Source: Vicugna vicugna
Lineage: Eukaryota
Assembly (NCBI GenBank): GCA_013265495.1
Contig: MU058009.1
Span: 1,242,001 to 1,306,000 of the forward strand
Reading direction: 5' to 3'
Length of the DNA: 64,000 nt
Position 1 is the stretch's first letter, and every line of letters begins with the position of its first letter. Under the pieces are notes generated by a model. It saw only the letters and a program-made list of their open reading frames with translations. It was not told where the DNA came from and ran no database searches. Made by a program: the position numbers and the translations under genes. Positions 39,465 to 50,535 of this stretch are shown here, piece after piece.

Positions 39465-40935
39465 AGTAATTTAGAATTGCTTGTTGTACCAGCATGTGAT
39501 TGTCCTCTCTAGCTCCAAGCCCTCCACAAAGGTCTCCTGCACACCTGCTGCAGGAATAAAACGATGTGGTAACGCCGTCCCGCCGTCCCTCCGTATTCGT
39601 GTTTGGTTGACGACCCGCGGATGCAGAGGGCCGAGCGCAGCACCGAAACACCTGTGTACCAATTGCCCAGATTCACCTCCTGTTTACATTTAACCCTCTG
39701 TGCTTTGTCATTTGCTCTATGTGTCTATCTATATACACTCTCACAGAGCTCATTTTTTTTGGTGACACATCCAGAGTGAATTGTATTCATCCTGGCTCTT
39801 CACCCTCCGACACCTCAGCGTGCATTTCCTAAGAGCAGGAATGCTCTTTCATGTGCTCACAGTTACCAGCTTGTGTAAATGCAACGTCCCTGCGATAGTT
39901 TAATCAGTCTGTCAACGAGGACCTGAGTGGCACTGTCTCTTTTCCAGTACAGTTGAGTTAACTGTTTATATCCCTTTAGCCTGATTTAATTGTGAACATC
40001 TCCACAGCACTTCTTGTTTTTTTGGACACACTGGCATTCTTGAAAAATGTCACCACCTTTTTCAAAAAATGGAATTGTCCTCCTTTGCGGTTTCCTGATA
40101 CATCCTTCTGTGTACATTCAGATCTTGCACTTCTACCCAGAATCCAAAACAGGTACTATTGGATCTTTCTCAGAGCATCCCACACGAGGCACATGATGTC
40201 CAGCTGTCCCTCACTGGGGATGTTCGTTGTGATCGCCTGCTCGAGGGGAATGATTTCCGTGCTGTGCAATTACTACGCCTGCCCCTTGCGACAATGAGCC
40301 ATCTGCAGGGGGACACAAAATCATGCAGATGTCCTGCTCTTCCTCAAGACTTCCCCCGACGTCTAGCACCCATTGGCCATTCTTGCCTGAGCCAGTCTGC
40401 ACTGTGATGGTTGCCAATGATAACTTCCTGTCTCCATCCTCCCATCCATTTACTGGTCAGCACTCAGCATTCCATTGTAATCAGAAGTCCTCTATCTCCC
40501 CATCTTTTAATTTTTCTACTTAGTGTTTGTTTGGACTTAAGTTTTTTTTCCCCCAGTGGTTTATAGTTCATTACTACACACAATCATTGTGATGCTCAAC
40601 ATGCCCCAGAGTTCGCCTGCAGGAGCCACTTCAGGCTGGCTCCCGTGTCCCTGTGACAGGGTCTGATTACGCTTTCAGTGTTTCCTTATTTTCTGACACA
40701 AGCTGTTCCAGGCCCATCTTGCACTTACCCTGTCAGCCAGCCCTCCCTCTTAGGATTCTTGGTTCCCTCCAGTATTAGAGACCAAGGTTTGGGCACTCGG
40801 TACACTCATCACTCCCAGAATATCATTGCCTCCGGGCCCTTCCAATGGGCAGGGCCAGGAAAGATTCGCACACACAGACACACGCATCCAGATCGCTCAC
40901 GTGCATACACACCCCTGAGCGGGACAGGTGTCTAG
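39465..40935 (-). mobile_element. L1MC-like 3' UTR fragment
   Basis: cccagattcacctcctgtttacattt...cagcgtgcatttcctaagagcagga...ccacttcaggctggctcccgtgtcc. Confidence 0.7.
39580..39638. mobile_element. Collapsed Tigger/MER2-like DNA transposon relic (both TIRs, almost no interior)
   Basis: Left cgccgtccctccgtattcgtg and right ttggttga...ccgcggatgcagagggccga resemble MER2/Tigger termini (CAGTCGTCCCTCCGTATCCG...CGGATACGGAGGGCCGACTG, recalled). Confidence 0.55.
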
Positions 40936-41179
40936 AACTCACGAACTCCCATTGACACCCCACTTCCCATCCTTCCACACAGGAAATTTTCTTACCATCC
41001 TGAGAAGGGTGTGCACTCTGTTTTGATTTAAGCATTAAAGCAAGGATTGATTCCAAGAAATAGACCATTTGCGGCCAATTTGGTAGCAGACAATAGAGGT
41101 GTGATGTCAGAAGTACAAAGCCCCAGGAACTGGGGGAAGCAAATGGGAAAATCACTAGAAATATCTTTCTACTTACTTA

Positions 41180-42000
41180 TGCGCTCATTCAAAAACATTT
41201 TTTGGCTCTTATTGAGTATCAAGCACTATTTTAAGCATTGGGTGAACAAAAAAATTAAAAGTCTCTGACTTAAAGAAGGTAGTCAAGCAGTGAAAGACAT
41301 ACAACATAAAATTAATATAAAATATCTAACAAATGTTCGTGGTGAAAAGCTTTGCAAAAGATCAAAGCAGGGAAAGGCATGGAGGGGTGCTTGAGTAAAA
41401 AGGGGAGGTGCCACTTTATAGAGGGTTTAGGGGGCAGGTCTTTCTGATAAGCTGAAGTTTCAGCCAAGACCTGACGGACGTGAAGGAGCCGCCATGAAGA
41501 TGTCAGGGACAAGCGCTGCAGGCGAAGAGCAGGAGCGATGGGTCCCGGGAGGATGCGATGGGGAAGTGGGCGGGGGGCGCTGTGGCCAGAGCGCCTTGGG
41601 CTGGGGGGGGTCGTAGGAGCTGAGCTGGAGGAGGCCGTGCAGGGCCAGGTCCCGCAGAACCTCGAATGCCTGTGTGAGGTGGGAAGTCACTGGAAGCTTC
41701 GGAGCAGAGCAAGGGCATCATCTGACCTCTGCTTCAAAATCGTCCCTGCAGCGTCTTCCGTGAGGAACGTGCTGGACAGCGACACCAGGAAAGCCGGGAA
41801 GTCCAACCAGGGAGGAAACGGTGGAAGCCAGAGCTGAGCTGGGACTGTCGCAATAATCCAGGGATGATGAGGTTTGTACCAAGGTCACGACAGACATGTG
41901 CACTTGAAGGTGGAGGCAGGCATCCCCATGGTGAGCGCTGATGGTCACTATGTGGCTCACTCTGTGGTAAGTCCCGGGACTACAGAGGTGAAGAAAACAC
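41180..42000 (-). mobile_element. L2 LINE fragment
   Basis: ctcattcaaaaacatt...aagcactattttaagcattggg; gggaagtcactggaagcttcggagcagagcaagggcatcatctgacctctgcttc; gcaataatccagggatgatgagg. Confidence 0.75.
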
Positions 42001-43689
42001 AGCCACAGCCCTCAAGGAACTCACAGTCTCTGGAGAACGTGGCAGGTGAGCTAGACATGCATACAGACACTGCCGGTCACTGTGGTAAGCCCTGAGACTA
42101 ACTGAGAGTGGGCTGAGCAAGGGCTGTGATCACACAGACGAAGGGCCAGGTGTGCATCTCTGCAGGTGCAGGGACAGATGTAGAGAGAAGGTGATTCTGG
42201 AAGAGAAGGACGAGACAAGGGGCTCTGGATGGGGGTGGGGTGGAATGTTTAATTCCTAAATTGCCAGTTTCTGTCAGAGTCCTCATCGCCTGCTGGGGTC
42301 TGTCATCCCCTGGGGGCCCCTGGAATTGTCTGCCATGGGTTTAAGACAAACTCCTTGACATCGTCTACCTTGGGTGAGTTTCCGTTCCTTGCCGTCGGTG
42401 ACTCTGGTCTGAAACACAGGTGACGAGGCTGGAATCCGCTGACTGGGCGTGGATCACCGAGGTGAGCAGGGGGGAAAAGGGGCCTCAGGGATGCTGCCCA
42501 GATGTCTGGTGCAGCATGATGGCAACGGCATTTAACAGGAGAACCTTTCAGGAAGAGGACCGTCATTCAGGAAGACACGGCCGCGCTCTCAGGCGGGATG
42601 ATCGGAGCGGCGGCCCCGGGGAAGGAGGCCCCGAAGGCTGCGGGAGGCGATGCGGGCGAGGAGGGACTTGCAGGGAGCGGAAGGGTCAGGTGGGCAGTTC
42701 CGAGGAACGCCTCGGCTGGAGGCAAAGGGAGAGCAGCCAGCAGGCAAGCCTGAAAAGAGCACTTGGGAACGAAGGAAGCCAAACGGAGGGGGAGGAAGCC
42801 ACCACGGACCACGAGCGGAAAGCTTTTCTAGGGAAAAAAAAATATCAAGTTCCTCCTACAGTTCCAGTGACCCATGCTGCCGTGTCCATCTCATTTCTCT
42901 TATTATTGCAGACGACTGACTTCCCGCCCTGGGCTGCAACTTAAGAGCTCAAACCGTGTGCTCGTCTACAAACTGCCGGCCTTCCCGGAGCGCGGGCCCC
43001 CGGCGGCCGGCCAACGGGCTGCTCGCTGAATGACTCTGTGCGTCCCAGGTCCCTAAAGTGTTGTTTGCCAACTAGGATTTCTTCTATCTGAAGCTAGGAC
43101 AACATATGCATAAGAACTCAACACATTTTCTTAAAAGCAAAAATAATAAAAAGTAAATTAAACATATATGTGTATATTCTCCTGCAGAGTTTCATTGAAA
43201 GAGTCACGACACAGCCTTCTTGGGGTCACCTCTGGTGTCTCCCTGGGATTGGCTTTCCTCTTGAAGGATCCTTGGGGTGTCCTGGCAGCTGCTGCTCTTG
43301 TGAAAAAGCCTTGACCGCCTCCCTCATGTGTCCCAGCGACACCAGGTGTTTCTAGCCCGTCAGAGCAGTCCAGCCGTCTTCCTTCCTCCCTTCCCAACAC
43401 TTTGTTCTTACCTGTGATGGAGACACTGCCTTGTTACCTACAAGCCCCCAGGGGCGTCATCACATCACTCTGGGTCTCATTTGTTTCCACGTGCAGACAG
43501 AGGAGACTTACATTCATCTGTAAAAACCCACCACATGTATTCTCTCCTCCCCTCGGGCTGTTCAGTCTTCCCCAGCGGCGAGCTCAGTCCTGCCTCTGGG
43601 TATCGCCTCTGGGATCCCAAGAGATGGGCGTCCCCGCTGCTTCAACAGTCACCGCGGCACGTTTCGGGGGTGGTTGACTCTCCCATCTG

Positions 43690-43806
43690 CACAGTCAGTG
43701 AGTTCCCTGAGGTCAGGGACCCCATCTTACCCATCCTTGAATCCCAAGTGTTTAGGCCAGTGCTTGGCACCCAGAAGGCGCCCCACAAATGTGTGGTGAA
43801 TTGGAG
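43690..43806 (+). mobile_element. L2 3' end fragment
   Basis: gtgagttccctgaggtcagggacc...cagtgcttggcacccagaaggcgccccacaaatgtgtggtgaatt. Confidence 0.7.
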
Positions 43807-44817
43807 CAAAATGGGTCCATCAACCTAACTTTCTAATCCTACAGACTTCGCTTTTTCTAATTCGAAATTCAAAGTCAGAGTTCTGTCTCTTTCCTGGCTA
43901 CGTGAACAGAGCAGGATGCAGCGGAAATTTTGTTCTGCATCTTATCTTTCTGTGTCTCTTGTTTCACCTCACACTGATTACACGAAACGTCCATGGGAAC
44001 GTGGTAAGATCTTCTTCCTCGTCTCACAGCGGGGAAGGGTTGGAAAATAAACAAGAGAAGGTTCAGAGACATTCTGGGAATTCAACTGGAAGTGAGCGCT
44101 TGTCCCCCTCAGGGCTGGAGCCCATGGTGAGCAGGGGCTTTCTGAACTCAAAACAATGAGGAAATGAGCCTCGTGGCCGAATCTGTGGTTTAAGGCAGAG
44201 GTGTGGTCGAAATGACTCAACTTTCAACATCACAGACAAGTCTGCTCAGGGAAGCCCTTTAAAGGCCAATTCCAAGTGCACACAGGGCTTCAAAATCTGT
44301 GGTCAGTGGAAGTGATGTTAAATGTCCTCTGGCCAAGGGAGGGTGCGCACTCCGCGTGTGAGCCCGGACGGGGCCGCCAAGATAATCTCCATCCGCCAGC
44401 AGGTCATTTTTCATTACCTTTTTTCCAGTCCCTGTGGGGAGAATGGCCTTGTGGGCACCATCCGTCACTTCTAACGCCAGCAGCAAAGCCATCCTTGGCA
44501 AGACTTCTGTTCTCTCAGCCAAACAACCAACAACTCCCCTTTCACACAAGGCTTCCTGGCCTGACCTACACTCTGCTCACCACGCGGGCAACGCCCCTTA
44601 TGACTGTGTTGTGAGGAGCTGAGTGGGCAGCTGGGGAGAAGGGCACGCAAAACCAATTTCAAAGTGCAGACAACAACTTGTCGAGAGTCACGTGTGGGTT
44701 GTGCCAGAAATAGATGGTGTTTGCGAGGGGAAAATGTGAGAGAGGGTTTGATGAAGGTGATGTTTATGAAAGGCTGTTACTGAAATATCTCTTCCACGTG
44801 TGTATTAGAAATTGTTG

Positions 44818-44995
44818 GCAGAGGGGAGAGCTCAGTGGCAGAGCACGTGCTTAGCAAGCACGAGGTCCTGGGTTCAAGTCCTTGTACCTCCATCAAAATA
44901 AATAAATAAATAAATCTAATTAACTATCCCCCAAAAAACGAAAAGAAAATTTTTAATTAAAAATTTTTTAAAAATATATAAACCATTAAAAAAAA
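44818..44995 (+). mobile_element. tRNA-Ala-derived SINE (Vic-1-like), copy 4
   Basis: gaggggagagctcagtggcagagcacgtgcttagcaagcacgaggtcctgggttcaagtccttgtacctcca; perfect TSD agaaattgttg at 44807-44817 and 44996-45006. Confidence 0.9.
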
Positions 44996-47579
44996 AGAAA
45001 TTGTTGAATCCATCGCTTCTCCCTCCATTTTCCCCTAAATTCATATACTTACACAGTATCCATGACAGGGGGTCATATGTTAGCTACTCAGTACAGCAGG
45101 GAAGGCATTGTTGTTCAGTGGCATTTCCTCCACGGTGTCTGCAGCACTGACTGTCACTTTTTCTCTGCTTAGTAATATTCGTTCAGTTTACCTAACTTTA
45201 TTACTGTAATAGAGGCAAAACGAAATTCATCGGTGACCCTTATTATGAGGAGTCAATGAGTAAAAATAATAAAATTCAGGAATTGAAAGAATGCGTTCTG
45301 ACTCGAATAAGGTGCCGTGCTCTGAATAAGACATTATTCGTGATAAAAGAGTAACCTTCTTACTTCCTGAAGAAAAGAACTGATGATCATTTATGTCTTT
45401 GATAAACACGCTTTGGATGACAGCTGAGGTGTTTATGTGAGTCAGTGTACTCAGAACGTCCATGTGGATTTCCATTTTAATCAGTGCTAACCTTTCTTCT
45501 AACATGATAACAGAAGGATGAAAGAGCAAGACAATAAACGGAATGAAATGAATGAAGCCACAAGTAGGAAGACCGAGCTCTGCTCACTCAGCGAGAAAAA
45601 GGATGCTCAGATCCCAGCACCCATCTTGCCCCCGTCGTGGCTGGACCAAAGGCAGTCTTCCCCTTCCAAATGGGTGGAAATGTAAATTTTCAGACGCATG
45701 CAAGAGAAAGGTTTGGCTGTGATGGGGGTTGAGACTCAGGGAATGTTGAAACAACTGGTCCTTGAAGCAGGGAGTGTTGAAATAATATGTTGTTTTAAGA
45801 ATCTTCACTGGGAGACTAATATTTCAACGCATTTGAATGACTTCCTTGCTGTAAAATGTTTAGGCTTTAAAAAAAAAAAATGAAGCTGGATAAGTCACAG
45901 GAGCTTCCAAGAGAAAAGTCACTCAACTTAGATAATTTCACACCAGAGAAATCAGAGACTCTGTGAGTAGCCACGTTCCCAGCAACCCCACCCCCACGTT
46001 GTCGGTTTCCAACGAGTCGCTTCAGGTCGGGTCCATTTCTGAAATTAAAATTTTCGGTGAGTAAGAGATGAGTTTAAGAGTCTCAGTTTCTCATGAGGAA
46101 ATTATGGAGCAAACTGATGTCTCAGTGACAAGATTTGACTTTCTGAGAATGAGGGAAGGTAAGATAAACACGTCCATCCAGCCCTTTCACAAACCCACGT
46201 GATACACAGTAACTTAGTGAATACCTACGTGGAAAAGTCCTGCGCTAGCGTCTCACCCACTGGGTCTAAGCGATCGCTCAGTTGCATGTTAGAGCTCCAC
46301 CCACCTGAGTGGAGACACTGTGATTTTAAAATGATATTATCTGGGTTACAAAAGCTACAACTATTAGACTAATACCAGCAGGCCGGAGCACTGGGTCCTT
46401 TTCCAGTATTTATTGGAAACAACAATGGCATAAGCTTTCCACTTTCATCCTTTTGGTTTTGCTTGTGCGTTCTTGTGTTCTTGTTTCATCAACAGAAAAT
46501 GAGTTGTTGCAGTTGTTATTATGATTAATTATTATTGTAAAAGCACATGGAAATATGGAGGTTTCAGCAGCAACCTAGACTTCCATAACAGCTTGAAGAG
46601 ACTTTTATGAGCATCTTTAGGTCTCTCATCAATAGGAAAAGCTGGTCCTTTGTGTAGGAACTGTGAGAAAACGAGACCATAAACAATGTGTTCTTAGCAT
46701 CTTACATTTATACGCAAAACCAATGTCCTGTATAAAATAAGTGTCATTGTTTGTTCGTTGTGGTTACTATTAGAAGTAAGGGTAAGTAAGTGTAAGCAGT
46801 TTTTGCTTTTGCCTTTTTAATGATTATTAGGATCTGGGACCCAGGACTGCCTGAAATTTGCCTTGCAAAACTCCCCTCCCCGCAGGTAGCATTGCCAAGA
46901 GATAGATGTGAAAAGCTCAGTGGACAAATAAGAAGCATCGCTTTACTGTAAGCCAGGTGAAGGCCCACAGCTCGACGCAGGGCCCTCTGCAAAGCCTGCT
47001 TGGCGTGCCTGTGTGAGCGAATGTCCAAACTGGGCTAAGTCGGAAGTCTGGCATCTGCCCGCCCCAAAGCCAAAGTCAAAACCTTGGTCCTTGCTTCTAA
47101 TGATCAACTGCACAAAAGAAGGAAAACCAAAGATGTGCACAGAGCACTGACCCTGCCCCATAGAGCAGGCCTCCTTTTGCTCACCACCCAGAAGAGATGG
47201 AGGAGATAAGGTGCCTGTCAGGTGCATGACTAATGGGTCCATGGTCCAGCTCAATCGGCAGCCCTCCGCACATGGCGAGGGACCCAGGGCAGAGTGGATG
47301 GAATGGCAGGCATCTTTCCCCGTCTCCACATCTCCAGAGCAGAGGTGGAACTCAAAGAACTCAGACATGTGCCTGCACTGATGGGAGCTGTGGAAAAAAA
47401 AAGAAAAAGAAAAAGATGACAACCTTTGGTGACCTTCTCTTCATGGCTCATGATCTGAGGACTGACAACTAATGTTTCAAATTCATGTGTCACATTCCTT
47501 CTTCTAGAGTCTGTCCACCTCAATCTTAACAGCTCTTACGCAAAGATATTAAAGACCCACTTTTGGGGTCAGAGGGCAC

Positions 47580-48545
47580 CACAGTTTTCTCTTTTTCCCC
47601 AGCCCTGCTCCTGCTGCCGAGTCATTTCCGATAGACTGGGAAACATGTAGCAGCATTTTCATTTTAAAATTTTAAATGATTTTAATGTTAAATCTGTAAC
47701 AACTGCAAATAGTTTCTAACGTCAAATAATTCTGAGTCTTAAAATGAAAGAGAGTCTCCTACCCCAGCGCGTCCCCTTCCTCAGATGCTTTTACCGTGAA
47801 GTCAGCTGCTCTCAGCCCTCCCAGCTGTGCCCCATGATCGCTGCTCCCACATTTCTGAATAGCGTGTTGACTCTACTAGCCTTGAGGTTTTTCCTTTTTT
47901 TTATTTTAAGCATTCTGTATGAAGGACCTGCCATTGGAGAGAAGAATTGAGCTTTTCCACACCAGTCATCCCAGATTCACCTCCTCCCAGCTTTCCAACA
48001 TAGTCAAACCACAACTTTTAGTTAAATTGATGGTTTGTTTTCTTGTGACTCTCAAAATATCGTTCACGGCTGCTCCCCTCTTTTCTTACAAACCCTGTGC
48101 TGTTGTTACTGCTGCTGTTTTTGTTGGACTTAATCATTCGCACCATTTTTTGTCTCACTTTCTATGAACAAACTAATTGATACCTTTTCAAGAGCCCCAA
48201 TCTTTCTGCCCCAGGCCCATCAATATTATTTTTCTTACACTCAAATCCCTCTCACCTGTGTTGGATATTCTTTTTGCTGAATGTAATATCTTCTTCCTGA
48301 TCCTTGTTCACTTTATCTTTTGTTGAAAATCTTTCTTTGTTGTTTTAATATCATCCTGAGAAAATGTGGTTAATTTAATTTTTCAGTCCCAACAAACCTG
48401 AAATACTTATCACCACATCTGATAACTTGTCTGGGTAAAGAATTCCATGTGGAAAATCGTTTCAGTCAGAATTTGAAACTAAAATTTTCTTGTCTTCTAA
48501 CTTCCAGTCTTAGTTTTTAGAACCTTGCTGCCTACCTGATTGGTA
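47580..48545 (-). mobile_element. Ancient L1ME-like fragments
   Basis: T-rich; ttgtctgggtaaagaattccatgtggaaaatc...ttgtcttctaacttccagt typical of the antisense L1 ORF1-side region. Confidence 0.5.
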
Positions 48546-48559
48546 AGACTTTTGGAGGC

Positions 48560-48725
48560 AATAATCCAGAGCGGTTAAGAGCTAGTTCAAACCCCGTCTT
48601 TCCCGCCAGCAACATGGCTACGTGATATTTAGAACGTTACTTAAACACGGTGTTTCATTTTCCCACTCTGTGAAGTCGGGTGTGATAAAATTATTTTCAT
48701 CCTAAATCGATGTTTGCGGTATAAT
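48560..48725 (+). mobile_element. MIR SINE fragment
   Basis: agcggttaagagc...gttacttaaacacggtgtttcatttcccactctgtgaagt. Confidence 0.6.
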
Positions 48726-48779
48726 TTCATCTTTAGATGATTTTAACTTAAAAGAGGGAGAAAGAGTTTTAGATAAAAT

Positions 48780-49310
48780 TTACCTTTTTGGAATTTAATT
48801 TTGTGATGGGTGAATGCAATTTTCAGCTTTGGTCTTAATGGAAATTTGCAATAAAATGCAACATATGATGCTCAGCAAATCCTATACAGACAGACACCAA
48901 AACAATTATGGTAAATCAATTTCTGGAAAAAAAATAGCACGTATTATGATAGATAATAATATGTTAAGTTATCATCTTTCTTTTGTAATTCTATTTTGAA
49001 TATTAAATAATTTGTTCACTGAGAACCAGGAGACCACAGTGGGAGGCTTGGGAGACCAGTGGAGAGCGCAGTTAATTACTCTCCCCACGTCAGGAGCGAG
49101 CGCTGAACTTCGCTGCGCCGCGGCCAAGCACACCAGCAAAACTCTGGTCAAACAATTAAAGCACAACTGTTGCACATTTATTAATTTGAAAATGATTAAT
49201 TGTTTGTTCCTCTCCGAGCACAATAATTCATTGTTCTGAAGTGGATTTCCCGCAGCTTGTTATGGTAATTGGTGCGGATAATGTGCTTCACACCCACAGA
49301 TGTGAGGCTG
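48780..49310. promoter_or_regulatory. Candidate developmental enhancer / conserved non-coding element
   Basis: No recognised repeat; dense TAAT cores, Pbx-Hox-type GTAAATCA (48911) and TGATTAAT (49193), inverted Sox pair ACAAT-5nt-ATTGT (49220-49234); conservation not checked. Confidence 0.4.
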
Positions 49311-49339
49311 AATTTTCAAAACACCCTGATTTGGGGATG

Positions 49340-49490
49340 GAAAATGTGGGCTGCTTGTTCCATGTCCTTGAGCAACTCAGTTAACCTCTGCTCAGTTTCC
49401 CTGTCTGTAAACTGTCGCAGCTTTACTGCTAGAGCGTTCTAAAGGCTAAAATAATTTGTGTGAAAATTCTGGGCAAGTGCTATGAAATTT
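49340..49490 (+). mobile_element. MIR SINE fragment
   Basis: gtccttgagcaactcagttaacctctgctcagtttccctgtctgtaaa. Confidence 0.7.
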
Positions 49491-50299
49491 ACCGTTTGTA
49501 GGACCTGAGACTGGGGCAATATTTTTCCATGTAATATCAATCCTTATGAGAGTAAATTCTTCCTTCATTTAATGCTTGGTTATCTCTTAGAACAGAAATA
49601 AATAAGAACCTGGTTAATGTAATTTCTACTAGAAATTCCATGTTACAAGCATTAAACAAGTCTTTCAGCCTAAGAAAAAATTTACCGTGCACTCAAAAAT
49701 AGGTCGTGTTTTCTGTGCATGTTTTTTGTGCCTTGGTTGCCAGATCAGAGGTCTCTTGAAGGTTGTCATTACGCATTTTGGGCTGGCACTGATGTTAAAA
49801 TAGCATTTATTGATGACTTTTGCGCTGAGACTAACTCCATCTGTCGTCTTCAGTATCTTAAGAGTGGAATGACATTCTTGAAGCAGTATTAATTTTGTAA
49901 TCATTATTATCTTTCATGTGGAAAACAAAAACAAAAATTAGCATAACTCCTGTGGGGAGAGATGTGTTGTGCAAAAATAAAGAACACCCTTTTACTGTCA
50001 TGGGAACTTGCTAAGCTAGAGGGAAAAACAAAAGGTTTTATTCTGAACTTTCCTTTATTAGTACTCAGTACTATACAAGATTAAAATAATGGGATTTGGT
50101 AATGAAACAGGTAAAAGGTCAAATGACTGAAAATTCAATAGAAGTTGGACAGGATGGCTAATATGCAGTGTTTGCTGTGGAAACACATAAAGGAACAGAC
50201 AAATCTTTCACTTTCTCATTTATTTTTTCCCTGCTTCACTTGATAACTTGAATGCATGAAACATTAGGATTTAACGGGCTTTGCAGGGCAAAGGGCAGC

Positions 50300-50535
50300 T
50301 TCCAGCTTGGTGGTTAAGAGACGATTACCAGATCTAGATAGAAATTTTTTCTATTTGCTTAATAACTGGGTGCTTTATATAAATTGCTTAAACCCTCTAA
50401 GCCTCAGTTTCCTTGTTTATGAAATGAGACTAAGAATCCTTAATAGGGTAATTACAAGGATTATATGAGGAAATATAATCAAAGCAGTTGCCACTGTGTC
50501 TAATCCGAGCAAGCATATAATAATCATTAGCTTTA
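50300..50535 (+). mobile_element. MIR SINE
   Basis: gtggttaagag...cttaaaccctctaagcctcagtttccttgtttatgaaatgag...aggattatatgag. Confidence 0.75.

Noticed and set aside
42420..42944. 174-aa ORF
   Set aside because: Gly/Arg-rich by-product of GC-rich sequence with overlapping ORFs on both strands; no recognisable homology
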